Shown one piece after another: positions 38,019 through 52,050 of a DNA stretch of 58,492 nt. Under the pieces are notes generated by a model. It was not told the origin of the DNA. It searched no databases and was given only the letters and a program-made list of their open reading frames with translations. The stretch spans positions 186,001 to 244,492 of the forward strand of contig CT868037.1 of the NCBI GenBank assembly GCA_000165425.1. The letters run 5' to 3'. Positions within the stretch are counted from its first letter, which is position 1. Each line of letters begins with the position of its first letter. Origin of the DNA: Paramecium tetraurelia. Lineage: Eukaryota. A program made the position numbers and the translations under genes.

Positions 38019-41000
38019 AAATTTAATGTGAGTTAGATTTAAATAGTAAAAAATTGACTCAACAAGTTAGTTAGTAAACTACAATATCATTATTAAAATC
38101 ATATTTGTAAATTCTTTATTATACAAATTATAATCTAAGTGAAAACAAAAAATTATTTTCATTTTCGAGTTTACACTTCGGTTAAATTTAAAGAAGATTA
38201 TTTTTTATAAAGGACAACTGATATTAGACTTCGAGTATTCTTTAATATCTTGAATTGTAGATTTAAAATTGATATCTCAAATTAAATTATAATTATTTCA
38301 CTCGATGTTCTTATTCATGGAATATACACTACTTCTGAATCAGGTATAAGAGTGATATTTAAAACCAGAAACTTCGAAAATATAAATATGTTGCAATTGA
38401 ATTGTTTCTTAATGTAATAAATTAGAATTAATTGAGAGTCAAAATACATTACCTTCATTAATAAATGTGAAATGATTATTTGGATTGAAGGAAAATTTTG
38501 AATCTGTTTAATCCACAACCTATACGACTGTGTATAATAAACCATCACTCTGATATTTTTAACGATATCCTTTTTTGAATTAATCGACTCAGTTTTATTC
38601 AATCTCTAATACGATTTAGGCTGCTTATAGTTCCTTGAGTAATTTAGCTAATTTATATTACGAAACCTAATAATAATACATAGAAATCCTTACTTATATA
38701 ATTTATTGATCATCAAACATAATCAAGGCTTCTGGGAATTAGCTGGAGAAAAAATTACATTAATTTGGAACATCACTCCTACCCTATCTTACTTTAAGAT
38801 TAATCCTACCTTAACTAAAAAAGATTTTGCTTGTTAGATGCAAAATAGCAACTAAGCATCAACTTCTTCAGTGATTTCTACAATAATACTTAATTTTCAA
38901 TTAAATGGTTATTGATGCAAATTTCTTAATAATATTCCCAATTTTATTCAATTATATTATATTAACTTATTGTTAATAAATACGGAATTTATCTCCTCGT
39001 CAAAAGTTAAAAGAAAAGCTTGAATTGATCTAAATAAATTTATAAATGAAATTGGATGTGATTATATTTAGAATTAAATTGTAATTAAATAGAACAATTA
39101 ACTTAAACTATTGAGGCTTCAAGAGAATCTTAAAAAGTAAAAAATAACCTTTTAAATTCATCTTGATTTAATAAATTGATAAAATGTTTCATTCCTAAAA
39201 TATTTCTTTTATCTTAACTCAGTAAATTATAAGACTTATGATGCGAGTAGCATTGTTTAAAATAAGATAATCACCATACTAAATAACCTGCCTGAATATA
39301 CCTTATCAAAATACAACTTCTTATAATAGCACCTTAAAAGCCAACTGAAACGCTAGAGGTTTTAAGTTTGTAGATGGGGTTTTGGTTTTAAATATTCAAA
39401 AAAAGTAGAATTCTTATTAAATTAAAGAAAATAAGAAATTCCGACAGTAAATGAGAAGTATAAAATAAAGAAGAGCGTAAGAGTTAAATAGAGATAAATA
39501 ATTAACATGTGAGATATTTATTGAAAAGAGACACTCTTATTTTTTTAACCACAGATGCGTAAACTATAAACTATATTGTTATCCAATAGTTTTAGCTTTA
39601 ATTAGGAGAACTATCCTATCAATCGATTTAGCCTTTCCATTTTATCTAAATAAGATTGTCATTCAGACTTTACTAGTAGAATCTATCAAAGCAAGAGATT
39701 TTTAAGGTTATAGAAATAGTTTTGATATTAGGAAGGGTAGTTATTTTATTAAGAATATATATTAAATTCATAATTAAAAATTATAATATAATTTCATTTG
39801 AAGAGATAACAGAATTCTACTAATGTATTTAAGCATATGAATAAATTTTAAAGAAATTGATATTCGTATGTATACAATTCAACATAGATCTCTTTATAAT
39901 TTTGATAGAAATAAGGTTGATAAAAGCAATCAAACGAATTAGGAATTGAAAATAATTTATAACATTTTGAATTTAAAGACCTCTAAGTTTTTGATATTTT
40001 CCTCTAAGATATAAGATATCTCAAACTATAAATTAGAATTTTTAAATTAAAATCATAAAATACTAGCAAAAAGGAATATTGCTTTTAACTTTAGTTAAAA
40101 AGAGAATTAAAAATGTATTTTTGACGATTATAATCATTATAATATTTTTCATTAATATTTTCTCCCAGTTGAATATTGTATTCAATTACTACTATTGCTA
40201 AGTAATATTTTTCAAATTAGCAAAATGAAAATCATAATGTTGAATTATATAGAAATTATTCTTAGCAACATTCGTTTAGTTATTACTTTTAATTTTATTA
40301 TTAGAACTTGCTCTATATTCTTTAGGAGGTAATAATTATTGGGTTTAAGATCAATCAAATGATTTTTGAAAACGTGACAATACAAATTAAAATATATATT
40401 GGTAATGTATATATATTATTTATATTTATTTGAGTATGATATTAATTATTATAAATTTAATAGAATCAAATAATTAAAAGTAATAAAATTAATTACATGA
40501 ACTTATTTATACGCATTTTTAGGTTTTATATATGAAACTTGTCAAAACCTATTCAAAGATAATAATTTAGGTTAACTAAACAACCAGATCTATTTCTTTT
40601 TTATCTATTTAAGCATTTGATAGCATCTACTATTATACGTCCTTATAAGATGAATAATTGTATAAAAAAAAATTTATTATAATTTGATTGAATTATATAT
40701 ATTTATCATTGTTTAGGACATTAGATCAAATAAAGATTTTTAGATAATTAACTATTCTTAGTGCATTTATTAAAATTTTTGATATGAAGATATTAATTTA
40801 AAAGTCAAATAATTTTTTTCCATCTTAATGATGATAATAATGGAGGAATAATCTATCATTAAATTAAATCCATACAGTATATATTAATTATAAGCAGGGG
40901 TAAGATTGAAATTAAATTGATACACTGATCATTACCAATCCGAATCTATATAGCAAAGATATTTTTACTTTTCTAACAATTATTTTTTATTCTATGATAA

Positions 41001-41645
41001 AAGTGTCCATTATTAATCCTCCTCCCATACTTTAAATCTTTGTAATTAATCAAAATAGAACCCTTCTAAAAAAACTGTATATTTATCTTAAACAATCTCT
41101 AATCTAGTTTATAATATATTATCTTTTGAATATATTTATTTGAACAAATTATAGAATTATTTTATTTATTAAATCTCAGAAGGATTGTTGGTTAGTTCAG
41201 AAAAGAATCCAGTAATAAAACATTCATGAATATATGTAATTATCAATGTTATAAAACATCTATGATAATTTTTTCATCAAATTTTGTTTTGCCTATTTTT
41301 CCTAAATCTGATTTTATCATAGACAAATATGAAATTGAAAAAATGCAAATTGAATAATTAAGGTTATCTAAAAACATAAATGCATAAATCAACAAAAATT
41401 AAAACAGAATTAACATAAACACATTAGAATAGGAAAGAATTATATTTGGTTCATAAATTTAAGCATTTCAATTGTAATTATTATTTCTATCTCTTTTTTT
41501 ATAAAATCAATTTGTAAATAGTGATTGTTTGGATAATTTTAAGAATTAGGAATTGTAAGTTTTTTTACGACGCATCATTATAAAATCAAAAAATACAATA
41601 TTTAAATAATATGTGTTCATTATTTAATTTGTTATTAAATATTCA

Positions 41646-42983
41646 TCATGCTCCTTCATCTTCTTCAATTATATTTTAATCTACTTCTTCATAATCCTTT
41701 TACAAACCTGCTAATGCTTCTCTTGCTTCGAAGAATTATGCTTCCTCCATACCTTCTTGTACATACCAGTGCACAAAAGCTCTTTTTGCAAACATTAAAT
41801 CATATTTTTGGCTTAATTTTGAAAAGATTTGAGACAAAGCAGTTGTATTTGCAATCATACATGCAGATCTTGAAGATTTACATAAGTCATCCTCAGGCAA
41901 GGCTTATTAAGCTTGGTAGTTTATTCCTACCCTAAAGCCAGTTGGACACCAATCAACAAATCTAATGGTTTTTTGAGTTTTTATTTAGGAAATCGAATAG
42001 CATATATCTTTAGGAATGATATCTCCTCTATATATTAGAGAGCATGATAGAAACTTCCCCTACCTTGGATCGCATTTTGCCATCATATTTTCTGCCTCAA
42101 AAGCAAGTTTTGTAATTTCAAAAGTTGAAAGCTTCTCGTTATCCATTATTTAATGAGATGTAATAGGAGCCTAAGAGCAAATCAAAAATTATAATTTTGG
42201 ATAGGGAATCAAACTTGTTTAAATTTCAGTTATGTCAGTAAATAGGGCTCCATCAAATCTTATTGAGGCTGTTATTGATGAGATCGCTTGGGCTATTATC
42301 CTATTCAAATTAGAATATTTTGGTGTTTCAACACCAAGTCCATTCTTACAAATATCATAAAGAGCTTAATTATCCATAGCGATACAAACTTCAGAATGTT
42401 CTAATAAAGATGAAGTTGCAAAAATTGAATTGTAAGGTTCAACCATAGCCTCAGAAGTTTCAGGGGATGGATAAATAGTAATGCTCAATCTGGATTTTTT
42501 ACAATAATCAACTGATAATTTTTCTAATAACAATGTTCCTAAACCCGAGCCAGTCCCTCCCCCTACTGAATTAAGCATCATAAATCCTTAAAACGAAGAA
42601 CAATTATCAACTATTTTTCTGATTCTCTCCAAACATATATCAATATATTCTCTGCCAATCGAATAATGGCCTCTTCCAAAATTATGAGCAGCACCTCCTT
42701 TTCCACTTACAAATTATTCTGGTTTAAACATTTCCTTAAATTTACCAGTTTTCACTTAATTTATTAAGGTAGGCTCTAAGTCTAATAACACAGATCTTGG
42801 AACTAGTTTCTAATGATCAGATTCTGAAAAAAATGTTCTTAATGCGTCATCTTTTTCTATAACTTGTTGATTGATCATCTATCCATTAGGCTAAATCTAA
42901 TGTTCCAAGCAAAATAGTTCCCAACACGCATTTCCAACTTATATTCCTCCCTACCCGACTTAAATTGTAATTATTTCTCTCAT
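41646..42983 (-). CDS. Divergent alpha-tubulin (alpha-like tubulin), 445 aa, intronless
   Basis: [28 protein letters not shown], tubulin signature [43 protein letters not shown]. Continuous 1338-nt ORF in the ciliate code. Confidence 0.95.
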
Positions 42984-43654
42984 TTTAAAGTGTCTTTCGA
43001 TGTAAACTCTTTAAATAATAATTTTCCATCATGTTTTATCTAATTTATATATTGAAATTACAAAATAGAGGGGGTGATTATTTTATAAAAGAAATATTTT
43101 ACAAAGATGGATAAAAATATTATTTATAATATAATCTAATAGAAAATTAATGTTCCAAAAATAAAACATTTGAGGCTTAAAAACAAATTTTGACCAAAAT
43201 TTTCTTTGATTTCATTGAGGATCATTTTATTTCCTTGTTAAATTGAATTCAATATATAACTTATTTGGAGATTGGCTAAATAAAGGTCTATTACTTAATA
43301 ACTTGGATGATCTTAAATCATGATAATTATTATTTATTTAGTAAATAATTTTGTATAATATCAACTTAATTATTTTTAGTTTTAATATAGGTTTTTTGTT
43401 AAATTTAGGATTAAAAAGTCTTTACTTATGATAAAATACTCTGATTATGAGTTATAAATTCTAATAGAATATTTTAGAAATAAAATGCAAATAATAATTA
43501 ATGTCTATGATGATAATACAAGTATATTTATCTCCAAAAAATCGATTTTTTTATTTTATTTATGATGTCAACCACACTCTTCTTATTAGTATTTTTATTT
43601 AATTTGAAATTTATTTTGTATTATTTATTTAAGTATGAGTTAATCTAACGAATA

Positions 43655-45085
43655 ATGATTCAATGTTGGAGTTCAGATCATAAAAGCTGTGTTTAATAAG
43701 TATGCTTTAATCTTTAATACTAAAAGGGATGATTGTAGTATTTATAATCCATCAAAAAGGAATAACACTAATTGCATCTTAAGGATCAATTAGATTAAAG
43801 ATATTATGGAAGATATTTAAAATGTTCAACTTAAATTTGAGGAACTTGTTGCTATGCGTAGTTCTTATGTTTGTCTTAGAGAAGGTGAATTCACTTGATC
43901 GAAATAAAGTATACTAAAAAAATATTAAATCCCAATTAACAGACTAATCTAATTAAACAATCATAAATCAATATTGTGTTGATACAATACTCCAATTTTA
44001 AGAATCAACAAAGAAAGAAATTAAAATAAAGAAAAATTGAGTAATGAATTCATTAAAGAATTTAAAAAAATATGCAGAGTTAGGGTTATACTGAATCTAT
44101 CTAATATATATAAAGATTATTTATTTTGACTTATAGAAGAATTACACTGACTTTATGCAACTGAATATTTATATAAAACCTATTAGATCTAATAAAAATA
44201 AACTCACTCTATGAAAATCCAAGAAATATAATGAAACACTCAAATTCTTAGATTAATGAATAGCCTAAAATTAATAATCTACTGGCATTATATTGTAAAA
44301 GTATTTTATCATTATAAATTCTAGCCTATTGTTTAAGTCAGAATTTGAATCTATTTAGAATAAGAAAGTTTAGTGAATTCATAAAGCAATATTGTGGGCT
44401 GAGAAAGCATTATTATAAGATCCAAAACATCTGCATTCAATATTTATTATCGGTATATATATTAAATTTATTTAACTCGACGTTTAGCTATAAATCTAAT
44501 TTCAGAGAATTATATGTGTCAAATAAAATACACCGAAGCAATTAAATGGACTGATGTAGAATTAGCAATAAATTCTCTGATTACAAAGATTTTATGATAT
44601 AAAAGGTTTCCTTTATATAAGATGATTTAGTGAATAGTTTAGAATTTATTACAAATTTTATTTATGAATAATCTCAATTGGATAATGTAGCAATGACTTT
44701 GTTCGATATAGTTTTATCAATCCATTAGGATGATGAAACTTTTTAAAGTTAAAGGTTTTTTGAATTACTTCATCCTATGGCTAATAATGAGTTAGATTAA
44801 AGACTTTATTTTTTTAGTGAAATTAAAATATGATGGGTGATCTCTATCTTTAACAAGGCGCTAAAATATGATAGTAGTGATGAATTCATTTACTTTTTTA
44901 AAGGTATATTTCAACTTGAAATTAGGGGAATGCTTAATGTGCTTTTCAAAAATAACTGTAATACAAAATTAAGAAAGAGTTTGAATAAGCAATAATATGA
45001 TTTTGATTAAGCTTTGTAAATTTATCCAGAAAGTTCATTTATAAAAATAAGAAAAGCATTTAATTAATTAAGAGAAGCTGAATGA
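43655..45085 (+). pseudogene. Probable pseudogene of a Zn-finger/coiled-coil/TPR protein
   Basis: N-terminal MIQCWSSDHKSCVQQVCFN-type C/H motif with in-frame TGA at 43730-43732. C-terminal TPR-like FNKALKYDSSDEFIYFLKG...EQAII*(fs)FDQALQIYP with a further stop/frameshift near 44998. Confidence 0.55.
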
Positions 45086-45366
45086 AAAACTTACTTAAAA
45101 AAAATATCACTGAGATTTAATTAGATTTCTTTTTATAATAACTATAAATATATTCTGAATAATATATATAAAAAGTATAATGAATAATAATATCTTGATG
45201 AATGAGTAATAATTATTCAATTTTGTTTGATATTTGTTAAACTCGATTACTAATCCAATAATATTTATAGTTTTTTTACCTAGTTCTTCTAAATTTATGA
45301 AAATAATTACATCATCAGATATAATAGTAGACTGATGGAAATTCAAAAATATAAACATTATTTTTA

Positions 45367-47564
45367 ATGACATAAATTAATCTGGCTTAATGTCTTCATA
45401 ATAATCCAAACAAATACATTCTTATGAATTCTTTACTAAATATGGAGGAAAGATAGGTTTGTGAAATCTGTCTAGAAGAAAAATAACTGTCTTCTTAAGA
45501 GTTCATTTCTTTTTAATAAGCAAGCGATTATGTAAAGAATTACAGTGAAAAAATTTAAAGATCATTGGAGCCTTACCTGAATTTGATGGAAGAATATTTC
45601 TAATAAATTAAATAGCATGTTGATTAATAAAAGAGTCATTTGAATAATGTGTTAAACTTAATTCTCAAAGATGTCTAGCAATGGCATTAAGCATAAGTAA
45701 AAGCGATTGTTATTCATGAAAATAACGAAGACTTTTTAAAAATTATTGACAATATAAAAAGGAATGATGAGGATTCGTTATAAGATTATGAATTAAAAAT
45801 AACCTATCAAATGTAGAAATTAGGGTATACTTATTACCATAAGATTGATAAACATTTAAAATAATATGCTGATTAGTTAATCAATTTTAAGTTAGCTGAC
45901 AAAGTGATTAATATGGCTAGAATAAGCTAAGAAAAGTGTTGGAACGTTTATATTGATACCTCAAAAATCAAACAAAAACAATTAAAAGTATTTATCTTTA
46001 TAAAAATAAGGACAAATTTAGGCTCATTGATTGTCTTGAACATAAAAGAAAAGCAGAAAAAATTAATATCGAAAAGAATGTTCCCAAAGAATAAAGAATT
46101 TCATGCCAAGAGTGTTAATAAAGTGGAATAAACATAGAGGAATTCATAAAATTATGGGACAAAATTTAATTTGAGAAAATATATGAGTAATAAAATGCCT
46201 AGAAATATATGCAAGAATGCTATACAAAATCTCTTTCAGAATTAGAATGGTTAAGAAATGCATAATACAAAAATTTAACTAACATGATCGATTCAGTCTA
46301 TCTTAAAATTGTAGATGGATCAAAGTGCTTCTAACAAATATATTTACAATCTCATGATTTTAGCATTAACAAGTTTCAAGAAATGGCGGAAATGTGTTGT
46401 TATGAGTAGGAAAAATGCGAACTTTAAACAATTTCATAATTTCGATTACTACTATACTAGCAAGGAAAAGCTATGGTTTAAGATGTTAAATAAATTCTTA
46501 TCAATTCTAAATATCCAAATGGTTTTGAATTTAAACAAACTAAGGATTCTATTAAAGAAGAAGAATAAATTAAAAATAAATAAAATTAATTATAATAGCA
46601 TTACAAATTACCTAATACTTGTACAATTGAATTTTTGTCTTCCTACTTGTAAACTAATAAATTAGAAATATATTCAATGGCATTTAATAGAAATGGGTCT
46701 TTATTGTTAACAGGAGGAAACGATGAGATACGAGTTTTTAGCTTTGTAGAAGGGCAATTAGAAGCAATTAAGAAAATGCCTTGCGAAAGAAGCGTTAGTG
46801 TGTTATAATTTAGTTAGTAGTCAAATAATTTTTTTTCTGGGCATAATGATGGAAGTCTTTATATCTGGATTTATTAGAACCGAATTTGGTATGAAGAGAA
46901 AATTTCTGAAAATATACATACCGAAACTATAAGATCCTTAATCTTGAACAAAAAAGAAACAGAATTGATATCAATTGCTGATGATTCGATTATTCAAGTG
47001 AACTTTTTACATTGCCATTAAAAACTTAAATAATCCTTAGACAAACATAAAAAGCATGTTACTTCAATTTGTTTGAATCCATCTGAAACTATTCTATTAT
47101 CTTGTAGTGAAGACGGTTAACTAATTATTTGGAAAAAAAATGAATATGATGAGTGGATATTTAATAGTTTTATTCACCATTCAGTCAGATAATATGGAAA
47201 CAAATTAGTTTTTATTAGAGATAATTAGTTCATTTGGACTTAATTTAGTGAAAGTTAAATTATTGTATTTTAGGAAGTCAATTAAACATTTATCTAAAAG
47301 TCTCAAAAAAGCATAATAAATTAGAATAAGTAAAATGTTAAATTTCCATTCATTTATAATTAATAATTTAACTTAATTATTTGTAATCATGGTTAAACCA
47401 TAGAATTGGCACAACATAAAGCAGATGGAATATTTGAGATTGTGTCAAGTTGTTAAAATTAACCCAAAGGTTTATAGAGAGGAGCTTTAACAAATGACTC
47501 TAAATATTTGGTCATTTGGAATTAAAAACAGCTTGAATTTAAAGTATTTAAATTATATTCATGA
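45367..47564 (+). CDS. WD40-repeat protein with two N-terminal C/H Zn-finger-like motifs and coiled coils
   Basis: ATG 45367 (MTQINLAQCLH...RQVCEIC). Intron 45988-46010. Second motif CLEH...RISCQEC. WD repeats YSMAFNRNGSLLLTG, FFSGHNDGSLYIW and HKKHVTSICLNPSETILLSCSEDGQLIIW. TGA 47562-47564. Confidence 0.82.
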
Positions 47565-47899
47565 TAATATCAATAATAAATCTATATTTTATAGTTTTGA
47601 AGAGTTTGAAAAGTTTAATTACAGAAATTTGTAATTAATGATATTTTTTTTGAATATTTGATTATTTCTTTAGTGATTCTTAAATTTATAAATCTTTTAT
47701 CTTGAGTTGGCTTTCTCAGTATTAATAAATAAATCTCCTGTAAAAATTATTAAGTATTGAAATAGAAGACATCATCTAAACTAAATATAGATGTTTAATT
47801 TAGTTAGGTTGATGAAGATAAATTTTGAAATTTGAATAATTATTGAAGAATGCAAAATGTCTTGAATTAAATCCTAATAATTTCAGGAAATCAAATATT

Positions 47900-49337
47900 T
47901 ATTTTGGTGTAACAATGAAAGCAAAAGATATTATTTTTAATTAATTCTCCATGAATTTTGTTTAAAATTATTTTTTTATTTTACTTGAATATATTAAAAT
48001 AAATCCAGATAATATATTGGCTATAATACTATCTAAAAAGATTAAATGATCGTGATATCTTTGGTACTATAAGAATCGTTCCTTAATAGTACTAACTTCT
48101 GATTCTCTTTCAATTTGTAAGGTTTATTATAACTAATTTTTGAGTTTGAAAATCAATTTATTTTTATCTTGATGTTAAAAGATTTGAACATTTTTACTTT
48201 AATAGATTTTTTGAGTAGATATGATTGCTCTCATCATACATCACCTAAGTAAATTCATATCTAAATCAATAAGGTAGACACAATCAATAAGGTTGGGCCC
48301 TATTAGGAAACTATGTATAGCAAACAACTAGAAATATACTCTATCCTTTATTTTGTAATTGGTGTATTGCTGCTGTAAATGCAAAAAATTAAATCCCAAT
48401 AATTCCTAGTTAAGTCAATTGGCATCCAATTTTTGAAGGTGTTTCCAAGGATATCAATTTTTAGCAAGTATTGAAAGATTAGGGATTCTCATTCTTTATT
48501 CTCAGATTTCGATAGTATTTCTCAAAATTCCTTTTCTTCCTTTATCTATTTATAAGTGTCTAAAAAAAGTCATCTATATAAATTTGATATTTTGGAGGCA
48601 AAATTCCTTAATCAAAGTGCAGGATAGATATGATTTGATCTAATAAAAATGGAGGAAATATGAAATTTCTAAATATGATATCATAATTGAAGAAATAGAT
48701 TTTATAAGTTCTTTTGAATCAAAATCCTTTTCAATTTAAATCATTCAAATAATTCTTAGATGCACAAGACCGAGATAACTCTTAAAAGGTACAAAGCAAT
48801 AAGGTTGATGATTGAAAGAATTAAAATAATTATTTCCTTAATAGTAGATGAAAGTTTTATTAAACGGAGATCTCCACATTAATTAATTTTTTTTTTGAAA
48901 TAAATTTTGCTAAGTCCTTTCAAGCCTTTACCGTTGTAAATGTGTCTGTTGAGTTTCTTAAATATTTTCATTTTCTGATATAAATAATTTTAATTCTATT
49001 TAATTCTTCTACAATATGGTTATTCGAAGAAATAATACTGAAGATATAAAAATTATTTAAAATTAAGTTTTAAAGGTAGTTTAAATCAATTTTGGAGAAC
49101 TTATTTTTACGATTAAGCAATTTATAATTATCAATGAAAATAAGAATTAGGATAGCTTTTATTTAATCAAAAATAATATTTAAAAATCCCTCTATTTTAA
49201 ATTCTTATGTGAGATTGGAGCATTATAAAAATGTAACTGTAGCATCTTAATTTAATAGTACAATTCCTTCAAATGCAAGGTCGAACCCAACCTTTGGAGG
49301 CACGCAACAATTAATTTTGAAATTATTTTACATCCAT
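47900..49337 (-). pseudogene. Degenerate coding-like remnant of unknown family
   Basis: Starts MDVKQFQNQLLRASKGWVRPCI*RNC (eroded Zn-finger-like start), followed by coding-like fragments with several TGAs and frameshifts. Boundaries are approximate. Confidence 0.3.
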
Positions 49338-49649
49338 TATTAAAATAATTAATGTGATTGGTAGCGCTTTAATGAGATTACAATAATAAAATCCAAGCCG
49401 TCATTAAATTTCACCTTGAGCATTGATTTAAATGAGTTTTAATATCATATATTCATATCAATTCAATAGAATATTAAGGTATATTTATTGCAAATTAAAA
49501 ATGTAATACGTATTAATTTCATAATGAAATTACTAGATCTGTCAAATATTCCAAAAGAGATAGTTGATCATTTTACTTATGAAATTTACCCTCAATATCT
49601 GTGATGATAGTGTTTCTAATTTTCTTTCATTAATTACAGGATAATAATA

Positions 49650-52050
49650 AACAGGCATGACATGTTTCCAAACCTGAACTCGAAGGTTTCAACTTTAACA
49701 TAAGACAACAAGGCAACACAGATTGTTTTCGTATTGATGAAGCTGAAGTTTTACATCAAGCGTTAACAAGTTTTAATAGGAATTAAAAGAATTATAGAAG
49801 CAACTAGTTTGATTTAATCTGATCCAATCAATTAGAAGATAGGAAGAAAAATATTTAAAGGCTAAGAAGAGAAGTGTAAAACTATTTCAATAAAAAATAA
49901 TACAAAAAAGAACTTGTTTTTAGAAATCAAAATGAATATTTGTTCAATTAAAAAAGAGACATATGGATGAGGTTATTCTCTGGTCATGGAATAAATTTGA
50001 TCAGAAATCTACTTATAATCAACATGTATGATTAGTGAATAGAAAACCATTTGCATGTTGAATCTGTATTTGATGTTAATCCTGGAAAGAACAGCACCTT
50101 TTATTTAAGGGGATAAAACAATTGTAAACTTCTATCATTACGAAGGCATATGAAAATCTCATAAGACTTTTCAAAATCCTACAGAAGGGTACAAAGTGGA
50201 TGCAATCCACTCGGTATAAATTTAGTTTTAATGTTTTGCCCACTATGCTCTTTCCAGAAAAATGACATATTCAAGTAATCATAGATCTTGAGTTAGAATT
50301 TTGATCTATCAAAATACCATGATCAATCCTCGTTAAGTTGAATAATTAATTTAGAGATATAATTATGTTGTTGTTTATATAACTTCTATCAATTATTTGA
50401 TAATTTAGGACTAAATAGGTTCAATAATAACAAGCTAAAGATTAAAAAAATATGCCGAAATTAGGTCATATTTCTTAACTTTTGGAAGAAAATTGCAGAA
50501 AGGGATCATTTCGGTCTTATAATTTAAAACAAAAGTTATTCAAGCTACTGCAGCAAATATCTAAATATAAAGGTTCCATTTTAATAAAAAATAAGATCAT
50601 CTCTCTAAATCTGCAATCTTAAATCGATAAAAGGAGATTAAGGATGTCAAGATTAATTAGCTCATAGAGTACAAAATCTAAATTAAACTATTGAATTATT
50701 AAAATCATTTTTAGAGATTTTTTTTCAAGTCATTTCAGGCATTCTTTGATGATGAATTTAAAATATTAAGCGAGATATTCTTTTTTATTGCAGTTTAATT
50801 ATTCAATTCACCCTAATAGACGAACTATGAAGACTCCCTTACAGCTGAATGTCTAATTAGAATGATCTAGACCTAGATAAGATGAAACTGAATCAGACCT
50901 CATGTTCAAAAGGCTTAAAGCTTGCTGGACGGAGAATAAAGATAGTTATTATGGAGCAAAGGAAGAATCAATCCAGAAGTTAATCGATAATTGACAAAAT
51001 ACTATAACTATGGGTGCCCCATAGTTATTACACCAAAGATCTGGATAATTAAATACTGGGAGGAGAGAAGATTTTCAGTTGGATATTTTCGGAACAACCA
51101 AAATTAATCAGAATGCACAATCAAAATTCAAAAGGATTGGTATATTAAACTTTACCAGATATTGCCTAAGCAAGACTAGTTCCCTGACAGACAACCGGAG
51201 ATCTATAGGGCACTTAACAATAAAAAGGCCTATCATTTGATAAAGATGACTTAGATATCCTTCACCGTGTGCTCCTACAAATGAGCTAGATTGATTACTT
51301 GGAATTGTTTTACCTAGAGAAGATTTAGATATAGACTCATTTGATTACTTAGGACTGGTCTTAGTATATTAGCTTAGAGAGAGGAAGAACAAAGGTCATG
51401 GTCAATGTCACCAGGAAGAGGAGTAAAGAGAGCTCAATTGAAAGTTCATAGGGAAGAGAAATGTTTCGAGCACTGGATGAACATAAATAGAAGTAGCAAC
51501 ATCAGCAACTGCCATAAGGACAACCGATTATTGAGGAGAAGTTGTTGTTCGATTGAGAGACATTACAGAGCTAAGAATTGTTAAGAAAAAAGAACTTTTA
51601 GGTCGATTTATAGGTATCCACCACAATCTAACGCAGCAGCGCTGAAGTTAGAAGGAACTAGATGAAATGGATTGGGTAGAGAAAGAGTTGAGTACGTCTC
51701 AATAGGTACTTGTAAGTAAGGACCCATTTATCCTCCAAAGAATGTTTTCTAGTAAGGGTTGGTCAAGTTCGTCGAAAGTTATGGCTGCAACAATTTCATG
51801 AGATGCTTTTTGAAACTACCTTTAGATTATATAAGATTACCTTAGCTAACGATAACACGTGAGAAAAGAGTGACACAATTCACGAAACTTAAGAATTAGA
51901 TTATTAGTGCATTGGAATTTGAGGAGTCGCCCAATGGAGATCTCTCGCAATTCAAGAGAGTAGTCGATGGGTATACGCAATTATAAAAAGCGAAATATGA
52001 GCCATCAGAAACCTATGTTTACATCGATAAGAGGCCAAAGTAATATTGAT
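49650..52050 (+). mobile_element. Putative heavily decayed, internally deleted non-LTR (LINE-like) retrotransposon remnant
   Basis: Degenerate motifs in LINE order: CCHC-spaced knuckle CPLCSFQK(N)DIFK(Q) at 50237-50278, APE-like N-terminus KIISLNLQS at 50593-50619, pre-RT-like EIYRALNNKKA..FD at about 51198-51242, RT-end-like FDYLG at 51340-51354, then an open C-terminal segment to TGA at about 52047. Visibly less AT-rich than its flanks. No YADD core is visible. Confidence 0.35.

Noticed and set aside
39375..39390. GGGGTTTTGGTTTT resembling telomeric repeat
   Set aside because: Too short and not a tandem G3T3/G4T2 array.
38100..41600. Short open stretches (e.g. about 38700-38915) in a very AT-rich tract
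   Set aside because: No clear start or motif. Open frames of this length arise by chance when TGA is the only stop.
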